Source: Tubiluchus corallicola (lineage: Eukaryota > Animalia > Priapulida). From it: a DNA stretch of 64,000 bases. The stretch lies in NCBI GenBank assembly GCA_030141605.1, contig JAQGDQ010000570.1:62001-126000 (forward strand). The letters are read 5' to 3'. This document shows positions 1 to 14,100 of the stretch, one piece after another. Under the pieces are notes generated by a model, which was not told the origin of the DNA, ran no database searches, and was given only the letters and a program-made list of their open reading frames with translations. Both the position numbers and the translations under genes were made by a program. Each line of letters opens with the position of its first letter. Within the stretch, counting starts at the first letter, position 1.

Positions 1-132
1 AAAACATAAACTGTAATTATGACTTAAAACAGTTAAAATCAGTAATAGATCTCAAGCTAAATGGAAGTCTATTCCATTCAAGTGGAGCTGCATAAGCATG
101 CTTATCATACTGAACACCGATTCTTCAACGAT

Positions 133-664
133 CAGTGACTACTAATGTAAAATGTATAGGTACTGTGGTACTGCAGCACCCCTTGTTTTCACTCATTATT
201 ATTGATAATATTCAATATAATAACGTTTTTTCTTTTGTTTTTTCTGTATACTTGTGCGGAACCGGAGCACGTGAGGGAGGTACAATTTGCTTCACAGTCC
301 AAGCAATGCGGTATTAGGCTGCTGTGCGCGTGCGCCCTTGCGCACAGGTCTGAGATAAAACACTGTATTTTAGGTAGAGAGAGAGTACTGTCGCTTACAC
401 AGTGTGTTGTCAGTTGTCACATGCTTGAAAACCGTGTACCGGCAAATTCTTGAACTGCGACAATTTATGCTATTCGTAAACAAACAATATTTTTGTTTAG
501 GATTTTGCCAAGTTTATGCATAAATTTTCGCATGTTTGCTTGTTTGCTTAAAATTACAAAATTAAAATTATATATGTTTGTTTTGTTTTACACAGTATTA
601 AAACAAAGGCTAAAAATTTTCTGAGCAGCGGCATCCCCAGTAATTTTAGCTACGAGCCTTTGTG
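133..664 (+). mobile_element. hAT-like non-autonomous DNA transposon (MITE), copy A of a family also at 46193-46684
   Basis: Colinear similarity over ~500 bp with 46193-46684 (shared motifs ctgcagcacccc, gagcacgtgaggg, cccagtaatttta). Degenerate ends resemble CAGTGGCGGCTCGT...ACGAGCCGCCACTG TIRs. Boundaries approximate. Confidence 0.6.
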
Positions 665-841
665 GTGCATACTAAGCCTAAGAGCGGTGACTTGTACTTT
701 TGTATTAGTAATGCTACATGCATCGGCTAGTAGATTCAGCCGGTTAATTAGGTCAAAATATTTCCATCACGAAGTGAGTCTATTAAGCGGTGCTTTCATT
801 TCAACAACTGCTTGCATGATATAAAGAATCTCGATATTTAA

Positions 842-1527
842 AGGACAAGAAAGGGGGTACCTGACGTAAGTTTCAGAAAAATCGCGTTAAAAAATTATAT
901 TACTTTACAGCAATTTTATGCATATATCTTACTCGCACTGAACGGAATTTTAGTTTGTTTTCATTTTAAATCTCCCGCAATACTGTTCCGAAGTCACCAT
1001 TACATGACGTCATGTACCAAATGTAAATCAAGGGAAGAGAAAGCAATGTTAAATTATGTCTCAAAAGAATTTCTGTGCAAATCTATATTACTTAGATTTT
1101 CGCTTATTTGCTAGAAAGACTTTGCTAGTGTAACTAAAAAGGAAAATTATTAATTATTTGAAATGTTTTCACCAATTGGTAAAATGTTGCTGATTCATCC
1201 TCAGGGTGCAGCACTCACTAACCAAAAAACATATTTTTAATCTTATTGACAAGTGCAGTAATTTTTAATTTTATTTAGTTATGACTTGTGCTCTATGAAT
1301 GCTCTGATTATTTTTTCAAACTTTACTCATTGTTATCAAAACTTGTTTCAAATGACCTGTTGTCAAAATGGCTGCGTCTAACGGTCATCGCGGGAGTTTA
1401 AATTTACATGTTTTATACAGCGTGACTGCCAATTGAAGTCCTGCATGCAAAAAGGCAGTACGTAAGCGATATAAAATTTCAAAACGATTTTTTCAAGCTT
1501 TATGTTTATGAAGGGTTTTCTTGTGCT
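842..1527 (+). mobile_element. Kolobok-like TTAA MITE family K1, internally deleted copy
   Basis: TTAA at 838-841 and 1528-1531. Ends AGGACAAGAAA...TTTCTTGTGCT form imperfect TIRs. Body is homologous to 6022-7121, 13330-13575 and 43185-43800. Confidence 0.7.
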
Positions 1528-1564
1528 TTAAGTCAAGTTTTATGAAAACATTTTGTTTTTTTAG

Positions 1565-1678
1565 GCGTCTAAAAAGACCAGGGCACAGAAACTGCTCGGC
1601 AAAGTCGACAAGTCCGGGATGAAAAGTATATCAAGTTTCTTTGTGCCAACGGGAAAGAATAATGAGAAAAAGAAGTGA
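1565..1678 (+). CDS. RNASEH2B: Ribonuclease H2 subunit B, terminal coding exon (upstream exons lie before the window)
   Basis: Acceptor ttttgttttttTAG ends at 1564. The phase-0 exon reads [40 protein letters not shown], matching the RNASEH2B C-terminal PIP-box region (human [20 protein letters not shown]). Too short for the ORF track. Confidence 0.88.
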   Translation, partial: [37 protein letters not shown]

Positions 1679-1698
1679 AAGAGACATCAACAATGAAA

Positions 1699-1800
1699 CC
1701 ATTGCCTTCCAGTCTATGTACAAAAGCTAACGTTATCGTTTAAACTGTTCCATTGTCTTCCAGTCTGTGTACAAAAGCTAACGTTATCGTTTAAACTGTT
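1699..1800. repeat. 51-bp tandem duplication in the RNASEH2B 3' UTR
   Basis: Two near-identical copies of ccattgYcttccagtctRtgtacaaaagctaacgttatcgtttaaactgtt. Confidence 0.85.
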
Positions 1801-3467
1801 AGCGCGTTGACAGCCAGGCACCTACATTCTTTGAATTGCAGGCTGCCTGATTTTATTGAGTTATGCCGGAAAAGTTCTAGTGGTGTGTTAGAAAACAAAA
1901 TGCTTAATTTTGTACATCTATGTGATCGTGTTCCCAATTCTAATTATGATTAATTTTGATCTGTCACACTTGAAGTGTCCCCACATCTTATTATTTAGCT
2001 GATACTTTGTGTGAAATGTAAATTGAAAATTTAATTTCTGGCGTTTGTGAATATGCATCAGTGTAAGATCTCCTAGTAATGGTGAGTGATCATAGTGCGA
2101 CCACGGTTTGGCTCATTAATATGCATTTCCGAGGATAGTTTTCCAAGGCGAGAATCTAGTAGTATTTTGATGCTTGTATAATATACGCCAAGGAAGGAAA
2201 TGTCCCGTCAGTAATGTTGCAGAACCTAAACAGTTTCCTGCAATCATCTATTTGTTTATTAATCGGGCCAGGTGCTGTGTAACTTCATAGACACGCATAC
2301 AAATGCGACCAGTCGGCTATTTGTATTACTTTCAAAAAGGGCAGTGGTTTTCTTAGTAGAGACATCTCTCTTTGTTGTGGCATGTTATCTGTCATAGTTG
2401 CATTAAATCATTGTCATTGTGTTGTGTAAATTTGTACTGCACATGATAATACAGTATTATAACCATTATAAATCAATAAATTCATGTCTTTGTTAAAGTA
2501 ATTGTCTCCAATTTTTTTACTACCAACTTGACACGATCATTGTCACTCTCAGGTGTTAAAAAAATAGACAGCAAAAATTTTGTTCAATAAATTTTCAAAT
2601 GCAAATGCACGTTGTGGAAGTGGTTATTACACTGGATTTGAACCCTGGACATTTAAGTTTTGCATTTAGACCGCTTGGTCCTTCACGGTCTAAGACATTT
2701 AGCTTGAACAAAGTTTAAAGAATTTTGTGACATTCGTGGTAGCTGTTTTTCTCTGTAACATCAAAAACCAGAAATTAATCTCAAGTCAAACAGAGTAAGT
2801 TTGTACAGAAATGCCCCAGCGATGTAATGGTCAAACAATTAAGACAGCTTGTCCAGGAATTTATGTAAGAATGGACAATAAAGATTAGAGAAAATATGAC
2901 ATCCCACATTAAAGTTGGAAGTTGAAAAGGTGCTGGAGAAACAGGACAACAGAGACAGGTCTTGACACGAGATAGCTGACATAATACAAAAAGATTTGCT
3001 CAACATGATAAGATCGTATAGTGTAGTTGATTAGCAATAGCAGTATGCACAAAGAAAACAATATGTTTACAGTACTGGGCTTAGTTAGTAGAACCATGGG
3101 TGACAATCAAATTATCTGCCATTTGCCTCTAAAGGTGAACTTTATCTACATACGAACCAGATCATTAATTAAAAGCACAGCATTTTTTAATATCCCATTT
3201 TAGGGGATTACTGTAGAACAAACGACAAAATTAAGGCAACCCATGCACTTACACTTTATTATTATTTCAGGTAATTGCATGATTGTTGGATATTACCGGG
3301 TACATCGTTGAGTTGTTTAAAAACAGAAACCTAGAGTGCTAGCCATACATACCTGGCTTCAAATTCGCTAATAATGTTGATCTATGTAATAAAGCGGAAC
3401 TGAACCTAAACAAGCACACTTGTAACGATGCGTTTTTACGAATGGTAAGTCGTATACAGTCACCAAC

Positions 3468-4073
3468 ATGTCTAAGAAAGGTGGAAAGATTCTACGAGTT
3501 GTACGAAAAGTAACTCAAAAGGTCAATCATGGACCTTATTATAACACAGATATACCTGCTGGAATGGCGGCGCCCGCTCCTCCTCTTGGACCTTCACTGG
3601 GACAACGAGGAATTGCCATTGCGCAATTTTGCAAAGAATTTAACGAGAGAACGAAGGACATAAAAGAAGGGATTCCATTGCCATGTAGAATAACGGCTCG
3701 ACCAGACAGGTCTTATGATTTAGTTATACATCAACCACCAGCAAGTTATTTTCTGAAATGTGCAGCAGGAATAAAAAAAGGTGCAATGTATGGTGGAGAA
3801 ATTGCTGGAAAAGTGACTGTTAAACAAATTTACGAAATTGCTAAAATCAAGAGTCAGGATCCACCAATGCAGTTCTTTAGTTTAGAGGAAATATGCAAAC
3901 AAATTATTGGAACAGCGAGATCTTGTGGCGTTGAGGTAGTTCATCATCTAGATGCCGATGAATATGGTGAATTTCTTAAAGAACGTGCGCTTGTAGTCGA
4001 AGAGCAACAACGAGCGTTGCTTGAGAAAAGACAGGCTAAAATGTTACGAACTGCTAAGGCAGCAATTGCTTAA
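3468..4073 (+). CDS. MRPL11: Mitochondrial ribosomal protein L11 (uL11m), single coding exon, 201 aa
   Basis: uL11 signature [44 protein letters not shown] and [13 protein letters not shown], plus the metazoan mitochondrial C-terminal extension. Kozak-like ccaacATG. AATAAA at 4422. Confidence 0.96.
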   Translation: MSKKGGKILRVVRKVTQKVNHGPYYNTDIPAGMAAPAPPLGPSLGQRGIAIAQFCKEFNERTKDIKEGIPLPCRITARPDRSYDLVIHQPPASYFLKCAAGIKKGAMYGGEIAGKVTVKQIYEIAKIKSQDPPMQFFSLEEICKQIIGTARSCGVEVVHHLDADEYGEFLKERALVVEEQQRALLEKRQAKMLRTAKAAIA

Positions 4074-6021
4074 AAAGATTGTGATTTTTTAATAAGAGTC
4101 AGTGGATAAATCGAATATGCTGGAGTTAAAAATGAGAGAGTGAACTTGATTCAGCCCAAGTACCATGTGGCCATGATTACAGTCGAAGAATGAAAGGAAA
4201 GTGTTAGAAAGTGCTACTCAGATGTTTACGGATTGGGACCGTGCAAGTTTGTACATTGCATTCACGTAAATTTTCTGCGGGACCACTCTCAAGAGCTACA
4301 AATTTTTCATTGTAAAAACTTTGTCGGTATAATCAAAGAACTTGTCTCTCAAAGTGAAATTTGATGCTTTTTTAATGAATACTTCTTTTCATTTTCTGTT
4401 CAAGAAGATACGTTTTGATTAAATAAATAATGTAAAACGAAATTGGACACATACTGGGAAGACCACTAAGCAAAATTCCGTGATCCGTTCCAGTCAGAGT
4501 GGACTCTAAACAGCAATAACAAACACAAGAGAGAAACAGTGGCATAACGAGAGAGGAAACTGTATACGTATGGGCTTTGCCTTGTCAATCTACGATAATC
4601 TACAATAATGGCTTAGTAGTTGACACTCTGCCAGCTGCAGTGAGTTTAATAAAGTGAAAGTCTGTGATGTAAAAAGCATCTTGGCTAAAAGCTGTGAGAA
4701 ACCACTGCGAGTCAAAATGTATTTGACCTGAATAAGAAATTTCAGTGATGCATGTTATAGCATTGCAAATGGAGAAGAGAATCTTTGTGATACGTAAAAT
4801 CTACAGTGCCTTTTAATCAGTTTCATAACATACAAGTTTTGGCTATTTGCATCTGCGTACTCCGGGCGTTATAAATGTGAAAACAAATTCTCTATTAGAT
4901 GTGTCACTGTTACCAGATGGAAACTACGAGTATTTATACTTACCTAGACAATATGTATAGGCCTGTAGATAAAGGATGTTTATATTATACTTTTACTTTT
5001 GATCTACAATATTTCTCTGATACTGTATGGCTTTTATGCATATTTGAAATGCCTAAGCAAAGTCACAGTAAATTTTTTACAGCTCAGAATTTAGTTGAGC
5101 GTTATAGACTTCTGGTTCAGAATCAAAGCAATAGCAGCCTGGTACTAACCAGGGATGTTACCGAACGGAAATTTCGTTTCGGCTTCCCGATAATTTCACT
5201 TTCGGTTGAGTTTTGTTTTCTTCGAAAATTATCGAAGTTTTCTAGCCAAAATTTTCCGCAATTTTTGTAGCGTTTTTCGGAGGATTGAGTAGTATTGTCA
5301 ATGCCATATCTTTGTTGTTCAAAAACTAAAATAAAGACACGGCGTTTTTGAGTTTTTTTGAATTTTGTTTGTTTGTTAGTGTGTGTTTAGTATTTACATA
5401 CTAGCTATATTGGTCATGATTGTCAATCACCTATTGTACACGAAGGTAAAAATTCTAACATCAATGCAGATTCACTACTTTATTCGATATATGTATTTTG
5501 ATACAAAATCTTCAAAACTTTATTTTCTGACCACCGAACGTTTTATTTTAGCAGCGAACTTTTGGTCTTACTTTAAGCAATGAAACCTGTTATATAATAT
5601 AACCAACAGAAAGATAAACATTTGAAAAACAGAGTCCTTTAAATTTCACACATGATTATATTGTACTAAGATAAAATACTACTTGTGCATACCAAACTAA
5701 ATTCCACTTCTGAAATTAAGCGACTTTACAGCACACTGAGTTTATTGTTAAATTAAATTTTGTGGTATATTAAATATCAAATTAAGTATTAATTCGACTG
5801 AATTAAATACTTGCACTATTTTAAGGGAGTGCAGCTGCAAGTGCATTAAAAGTGAATGAAACTGCAAATGAAGAAAGTATAACAACCCTGTTGGTTTTTT
5901 AACTCTCATGGACTTCAGTCGTGGTGTAGTGGTCATTTACTAAATGACTGAACAAAACAAATTATTTTTTAAATATATATGCATTTTATAGCTGATGTTG
6001 TCTAGCAAAGTCTGTGCTTAA

Positions 6022-7121
6022 AGGAAAGGGGTACCTAAGAAAAGTAGATCGCCTAAGATTAAGTCCACTTGTACTCTCGGCTGATCTAGTACTTGCCGAT
6101 CATACTTGTAAAGAAAAATCAGACACAATTCTGCCTTGGTAATTGGAGGGCCATAAATCTACTGTATTTCTTATTGCTTAATTTCTAGCATTGATACTTG
6201 TGTCGATTCGATCATTTGCACTCAATAAACACAATGTGAACTTGCATATCAAAATCGTCCATGAGTCGGCAATTAAGCTTTCCTAGTTATTCACATATCC
6301 TGAATCTCCAGTTCATGAGGATCATTTTGATACCAAGTTCATTGCTCTGCGTTATTTCTAAGCTGAGATAATCCATGTTGAAGTTGAGGTGCAGGCTGCA
6401 CACTGAAAAACATTATCTTGAGAAAATTGCTGTTAAAGTCAGCCATTGTTTTTGTCGTGTCTCTACAAAACACTTCAAAATATAATGTAGATCTTAGTAG
6501 TATGTCTAAGATCGCCTTGAAAAATTATACTACTTTGCAGCAGAATAAAAGGAATTTTTGTTTTTATTTTAAATCTCCCAACGGCAATACTATTCCAACG
6601 GCGCCATTGCATGACGTCACCTACGCAAACGTAAATCAGGGGAAGAAAAGGCCATGTTAAATTATGTCCCAAAAAACTTTCCGTGCAAATCTATATTACT
6701 TAGCACTTCGCTTACCTGTTGAAAAGACTTGTGTAACTATAAATAATAATTTAAAATGTTTGTGCCAATTGTAAAATATCGCTGACTTACCCTCCAGGGT
6801 ATGTGCGTGGCTCACTAACCAAAAACGTATTTTTATTCTTTTACAGTAATTTAAAATGTTACTAAGTAGTGACGTGTGCGCTACGAATGCTCTGATTATT
6901 TTTTCAAACTTTATGCAATGTTATCTAAACTTATTTCAACGACTTGCCATCAGAATGGCTGCGCCTAACGGTCATCGCAGGAGTTTAAATTTACAAGTTT
7001 TATACAGCGTGACTGCCGACGCAAGCCCTGCATGCAAAAAGGCAGTAAGTAAGTGGTATAAAATTTCAGCTTGATGTATCAATTTTTTAAGCTTGATGTA
7101 AGTGGAGGGTTTTCTTGTGCT
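6022..7121 (+). mobile_element. Kolobok-like TTAA MITE family K1, longest copy (~1.1 kb)
   Basis: TTAA at 6018-6021 and 7122-7125. Starts AGGAAAGGGGTACC and ends TTTCTTGTGCT. The 3' ~600 bp align with 900-1527. Confidence 0.7.
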
Positions 7122-8574
7122 TTAATAGTACGCAATTTCAACAAAAATTTGTCCCACAGAATAACAACAAATAATCAACAATAGCATTATTCAGCAGCTT
7201 GCAAGAGAATTGCTTTCCGGATAAAAGCAACAGTGACGAAGTCTCACAATAAGGGGTTTAATGGTAAGCTAAATGAAAATACAGACCTATTGCGTTTTCA
7301 CTATCTTTACAAGAGTCTTCAGTAAGAGTATAGACATAGACATAGACAAAGACAAAGACATAGACATTTATTTTCTCCAAATGTGCCACAAATTTGCATT
7401 TTACGAAAAAATAACTTTATCCGTGGAGATGGGGCGAGGAAAGACCATAGTTCATCTAGTCACTCACCCCTTATAATTTAATATTGTAATAGCAGAAAAA
7501 AGAATTGATGACACTGGATGCAATTATTGTTAATTACTAAATAAATAAATAACAATATCTAACCATTGTTAAATAAAATAATCAAAATAAAGCAATAACA
7601 AAAAGAAAAATCTAAAAGCAACCATAACAATAATGGCATAAGTGAAAAAAAGAATAATAATAAATGAAGATGATGAATAAGTTTTGCAATAATTAGTTAC
7701 GAATTAAATAAAATGATAATAATGTACAGTTGTTTACAAAATTTTCGGCAAGGAAAAATAATGTGTATATGTTTAGATAACTAAAAAAAGAAACGTGAAA
7801 GCAAAACAGAGCAGTTAATTTATGTCACCGTACACAAGTAATTGTTAATTGGGTATAGTGCACACACAAAAAATGAGTAGCTGATGATTTGAGACTGCAA
7901 CATTGTGCAGAGAGAAAGCGTGTGTGCAGATAGAGGGGGGGGGGAGAGGAGAGAGAGAGAGCTAACCACCTTTGAGTCTGCAACAATGTGCAGAGAGAAA
8001 GGAACAGAAGCTGTTATCTTGGCAGCTGCCCATTCTTTTACTGTTCAGTCTCAGTATTGCTTAACTTCGGTGGCTCATGACCGCACGTGACCGGTGGCTT
8101 CAAGCACAGACGTATCATGATCGTGTAGGCAGCTCCTACCTTCTCTTCAAACTATATAAACATCAATTTTATTATTCTGCGCACTTTGTACATACGTTAA
8201 GGCAATTATTTACTTTTTGCTCTCGAATCTTAATGGATAAATTTGTATCACATTATTTCCAGTGCTTTTAATTGATGTAAGACATAGTGTTTCAGTACAC
8301 ATATACAGATTAGTAAAAAAACTAAATTTTGCGCCTACAGACAGATAAATCCTGAATTATACACCCGATTTATACGTGTATAACTACCACTTGGGAATAT
8401 TACCCTGTTTGTGTAACAGCTATTTTACGAAAATATCTGATGTTCATAATTGCAACGCTAGGGCCTCAGCAAATTGTAACTTGATGTGCACATTTGTTTA
8501 CTGTGTAATTCCTGCTTTTGGACTAACATTCCATTGACTGGAGTGTAATTATTTCTTTATTTGTAACAAATAAA

Positions 8575-9205
8575 ATGATTTAGGACAAATACCCACTATG
8601 GAACGAACTCTGTAATCAAGCAAGCAATTCTAATTTGGAATTCTGTACCATTACAGGTCAAACAAATCAAGTCCCTATCAGCATTTAAAACAAAATTAAA
8701 ATCATTAATATTAACCTGATATGAAACACCATCACACCAGTACGACAACATACACACTAATTCAGAATTTATATATCCACGGTCATATTAATTAAATCAT
8801 AATTTTTTCATTTTTTTGTGCATAGTTATAAATATGCTTGATTTTATTCGTCGTTACTTTTCATTACTGCACAGTAGTTTAGATTGCACTGACGCATTTG
8901 CCTTTAGCAGTGTAAGTTTTTATGAACTAACACTGATTGATCATCTCTGTAAAGTTTTTATCGGTGATTATCAATGTATTTTAATGGCAAATAAAGACTA
9001 TATATATATATATATATATACACTATACGTCTGGACAGGCCACGTAATATTTTCCATTTGCGTATATAACCATTACCAATTCGGTACTTACGTACAGTGC
9101 GGTCTACAGGCCTGGCTGGCGTACTGTCTGATTTGGCTTCCTTACCTGTATCATGGGTCCACAGTGAACTGTAACACGGAAATTTGTAACAATAAAATAA
9201 TGAAT
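8575..9205 (+). mobile_element. 5'-truncated CR1/L2-group LINE: RT C-terminus plus 3' UTR
   Basis: Frameshifted translation RTNTHYGTNSV...LIWNSVPLQVKQIKSLSAFKTKLKSLIL-stop is typical of CR1/L2/Crack ORF2 ends. An AT-rich UTR ending in aataaa follows. Confidence 0.55.
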
Positions 9206-10109
9206 GTGATAATTACTTTAAAAACATAATCAGCAAATTAAGGTAAGACTCATTATTACGAACTGACTTATTTCAATTTAACGTCTAACCGTATTTAGAA
9301 TAGAATACACAGAAGGTTTAATACATGTTTTGCGCTCAATGGACACAGTGTTTGCGATACGAAGGGTTAAATTAGAATGTCGGTTTTGGCATCTAACAAA
9401 CCGCGTATAGGGCCTTTCTGTATTAAATTGCTAACAAACATACATTATTTAAATTAAGTCAAGTAAACTACTACTAAAAAAGAGCAAAATCGTAATAACA
9501 CAATCAGTATACATTATTTGTATACAAATATCTACGCAGTGATTCATGCTGTACCTATAGATCAAAAAATTCGAATGCGTAACTATCTAAAATCATTATT
9601 CATGGCTCGCTCAAGATTCTAATTGCGCATTACGTTTTCTTTCTTTAAAGGGGGAATATCATGAAAATCAAGTTAAACTTATTTTATAGTTGCCTTCCCC
9701 GGGTACAATTTGGCGAAATTTTTTTGTCAGTACGTTGTCTAATTAACGAGTAATTAACTTTTTGCATCTCACGGGAAACGCCATGGAGCTACACTTGAAC
9801 TAGTGCACCTCACAGTTAAGTGTCACACTTTTATTGCTATTTGTTAAATAAACTTCATAATTCATAACGGTATAGAAATAGCAGGCTGCTTTTGGAACCA
9901 TACGCGCAACCAGCTATTTAGATGTGCCTGACTCATCCATGATTGATGACACTCTTCTTTCCTATAGAGTTGAATTTGAAAAACAAAATGAGTAAAGCAA
10001 ATGAAATAGAAAATGTATATAAAGTTAGAAAGTGAACTCTGGCTATAGGTGTTTCGCGAAATTTTAACAATTTTATAATTTTTAATATAATGTAAACGTA
10101 TTTTATCGT

Positions 10110-10345
10110 TTTGTATTGCATTGTATTGTATTGTATTGTATTGCACTGCACTCACTGTGCTGTGCTGTGCTGCACTGCACTGCACTGCACTGTACTGTAT
10201 TGTATTGCACTGTATTGTGCTGTACTGTATTGTATTGTATTGCATTGCATTGCATTGCACTGTATTCTATTCTGTTCTATTCTATTCTATTCTATTCTAT
10301 TCTATTCTATTCTATTCTATTCTATTCTATTCTATTCTATTCTAT
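10110..10345. repeat. Compound pentanucleotide microsatellite (TATTG/CACTG/TGTGC/TATTC)n
   Basis: Directly visible 5-bp periodicity. Explains five spurious ORFs. Confidence 0.95.
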
Positions 10346-10438
10346 TTATTGTATTATATAATGTGTCTATTTGTGAATATGGAAATAAAAAGATATGCAG
10401 GTAACACGTCGTAATTGACTACACATCTTTTAGGAGAA

Positions 10439-11127
10439 ATGGAAAAGGAGGCTGAAGCCAATTCGTTCACACAGAGCACGTACGTCGACTTGACTGATCG
10501 TGCTCCCCCTCCTCCGTACAGCCCACCGTCTGTACAAGATACCAGCTATATCAGCACGCCTAGTAGGAACGCTGAACAAAACGCCAGCTATGTCAGCACC
10601 TGCGGTGAAAAAACCGAGCAGATCAATGGCGGTGCTGCGTCTCCTCCTCGTGATTCAGGTTTACCTCCTGTCCAGCCAGTAGGCGGAACAACAGTTGTGG
10701 TGACGGTAAGTCTTATAAAACCCCTCCAGTCTCTACACTCCTTTTACTCGATCCGCCCCTTTCTCTCTCCCTTTGTACTGAGTTAATCGTTATATAAATT
10801 ATAGTGTAAATTATGTATGTATTTTAAATGTATTCTTAATTGGCATTATATATAATCTTGTCATCCTAAATAGTTATATTTTGTAAACGAACCTTTGCAA
10901 ATAGAGGGGAAACAATGTATTCATTGTTTAATAAAAGACTTATAATAGTAATAATCTCTCCCTTTATTCTCTCTCTTTCTCTTTCTCTCTCTTTCTCTCT
11001 TTCGCTTTCTCTCCCATCATTTCTCTCCTGTCTCGCCCTCCCATCCTCTGAGTTTTCCTTCTCTCTCTAAAGATTCCTCTCTCTTCTCTGTCTCTCTTTC
11101 TCTCTCTCTCTCTTTCTTTATGTCCTC

Positions 11128-11168
<41 letters not shown>

Positions 11169-14100
11169 TCTCTCTCTTTCTCTCTCTAAAGATTCCCCTC
11201 TCTCTCTTTCTCTCTCTAAAGATTCCCCTCTCTCTTTCTCTCTCTCACCCTCTTCACTCCCTCTTTCTCTCTGTTCTGTCTTTCCTCTCTTCCTTATACG
11301 TATATAATTGCTAATACATGTACTTCAATTTCTTTAATGTTTTATCGGCATGTGGGCTGAGTGCTGCAAAATATTATTTCGACTTGTTTCTATTTATCTT
11401 GCTTTTCTTAATCCAGTAAATGCATGAAACCAGTACTAAATTAGAAAGTCCGAAAATTTTGAACGCTACTGTGGTTCGAACTCAAGACCTGCTATTCAAA
11501 TACCTATGCTCCCTTTCGTCTTTTTCAATAACAATTTAGAAATTGTCATGAAGGTATTGTATGGACACACATCGATATATTCACGATATAAATACATACA
11601 TACATACATTATATATATACATATATATATATATATATACTTTGTTTCAGGCGCCAGTGCCAGCTCCACGTACGTTGATTATCAACCAGACGGCGCCACC
11701 ATCTTATCTGTGCATGGCGATCTTTTCTTGCTTGTGTTGCTTTTGTCCCACAGGTGTTGTTGCCATTTACTTTGCGTCAAAGGTAGGTCTAAAAACAACA
11801 TGATTAAAGCAGCAATCAACCCTCGAATAGCATACATTGTGTTTTGGCGTACAATTGAAAATATTGAAATTGCAACACAATATATACTCGCATAAAAATG
11901 CCTTGCTTAAAAATGCAAAAGAAATTCAAATATTTTTTCCCGCCAAACGAACCTGGCTACGGGCACATTTGAGAAAATGACGCAAGACAGTGTGAACAGT
12001 GTGAACTAGTGCCTGCCAGCGTTCACTGAACAGTATAGAGTTTCACTGAACTGCTTGCTTATAAACTCAATACATACCCAGTTAAATTGATGCAATGATT
12101 GATACAAGTAATAACAAAGTGATCAGTGCAACTATAGTTAAAAATATACGATAGGCACGGTAAAAATCACACGACTAAACATTGTGCAGGTAAAATGGCA
12201 TAGGTAAAAATAGCCCAAGTAAAAGTGGAACAAGAAAAAATAGCACAAATGAAAAAATAAGGAAAAAATGGCACGCTTATAAAATATGAGTTTAGGATTA
12301 TTATGGTTAATACTGTGATGGGAAAATTGTTTTAGTTATTTTTACTGCCGCCAAGGAAGTTGTGTTTCAAAACTGTTTGTTTGTTGGTTGGTCAGTTGTC
12401 TTTTCTGTTATATTGCTATGTAGAAGATTTCACGAAACTGTGGAGGTTGATAGGGGGGGGGGTAAGAAAGACACATTTTGATGCAGATTCCTAGGGAGGG
12501 GGTGAAACTGCAAAAAACCCTTTCTTTTTTCACAAAACTTGACCAAAAACCACTTACAGAAAACATTCATGAAGCACTTTGTGGAGTTCTCACAGGGAGT
12601 GATATACCTCTTTAGGAAGAAGAGGACTTGGCTACGTGATAGAGCACTTCTTTTTTTATTATCTCCACCAAGAAAAACACATACGAGTTAGTTCCAGGTT
12701 CCATTTTGAGGAATTCTGGTTTGGAAAATATACAACCCTGTCTATAACCTTTGTATATACATGCAGGGCCTATTTCAGCTTAAGCGAGGCCCGGGGAAGT
12801 GGGCGTGTGAGACCCCCTCAGGCGGGGGGGGGGTACGACAAAGCGCCGGGGGGCTAGCGCCACCAAGATTGGCGCCCAAAAAATTGTTGAACTGCTAGAA
12901 CGTTGGAGAAGCATTTTCGAAGAGAAAATATTGAGTTATACAGTTGTTATAGGAAAGAACAATTGAAAGAAAAACTGCTTTATTCTCAAGACCAGTCCTT
13001 AATACTTGTCAAATAGTCAAATAAAAAACATCTTTGCAATATGTAATACCGTACTCTCACTTCCGTACAAGCCGGTGTTAGTAATTCCGAAATTGAAAAC
13101 AGCTGAACATCGGCACTAAACCGCACAAGGCAAACGGCGCGCGTGCGGCAAGAGAGAGAGAGTGGGAGAGAGGAGGCAGTATGTTCGCATAAAGCAAAAA
13201 AATGTTACCTTGGCGCGAGGCCCCCCCCCCCTGGAGGGTGAGGCCCCGGGGAAGTATCCCCACTTACCCCCCTGAAATAGGGCCTGTATACATGTATGTA
13301 TCCTTACAAACTGAGTTAGTACGTAATTAAACGTATTAGCCATTTTAACGGTAAATCGTAGAATTAACAAGTTTAGATGACGTTCTGCGAAGTTTAAGAA
13401 CTAATCAGAGCATTCGTAGCACACTCGTCACCAAATTTTAAATTACTTTATCGTCAATAAGATTAATAATGCGTTTGTGGTGAGTCAGAGGTGCCTGTGA
13501 GTCCGTACCATTTTATACAGTAATGCAAAGTAATATAACCGCATGGAAAGTTGCTTGGGGCGTCATTTAAAATAGCCTTTCTTTCACTCTAATGCAATGG
13601 TACTTATATCCTTTGCCGCGACTATGCTATGAAATATAATAACATGTATATATATATATATATATATATAAGTTGGCTGTCTATGTATATATATATATAT
13701 TATGTATACTTTTGTTATCACTGGCAGGCTCCAAGCAAAATGCTGAATGGTTTTAGTTACCAATATCGGCGCAACAGCTATGAATTAAATGCAAGGTAAC
13801 AGTCGAATATAGCGTTTTGGATCAGGGCGTATTTTAGCATAAAATTCGATGGACCTGTAACCCCACTTATATCTCCTGCAGGCCATCCCCATTACCCTCC
13901 CCCCATCATTTTTGGAAAACTTCTGCAGTTGGTCATATCACGTGCTGCGTGATATGTATTCACTCGAACGTTAAAGGTATCGTAAGAATTCGCGTAACGC
14001 AATGTGGATCACGCATAACGCGCACATGGAGTCGCAGCTAATGTCTTTCAAACAGAAAGTTTTTAGGGATGTACTTCAAGATCCTCGTTAAGCCTGTATT

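Noticed and set aside
7820-8300. Second possible solo LTR or promoter-like segment
   Set aside because: No convincing TG...CA boundaries with a TSD and no second copy in the window.
9862-11314. Cys/Tyr-rich, RE-rich and SL-rich ORFs
   Set aside because: Translations of pentamer and (CT)n microsatellites.
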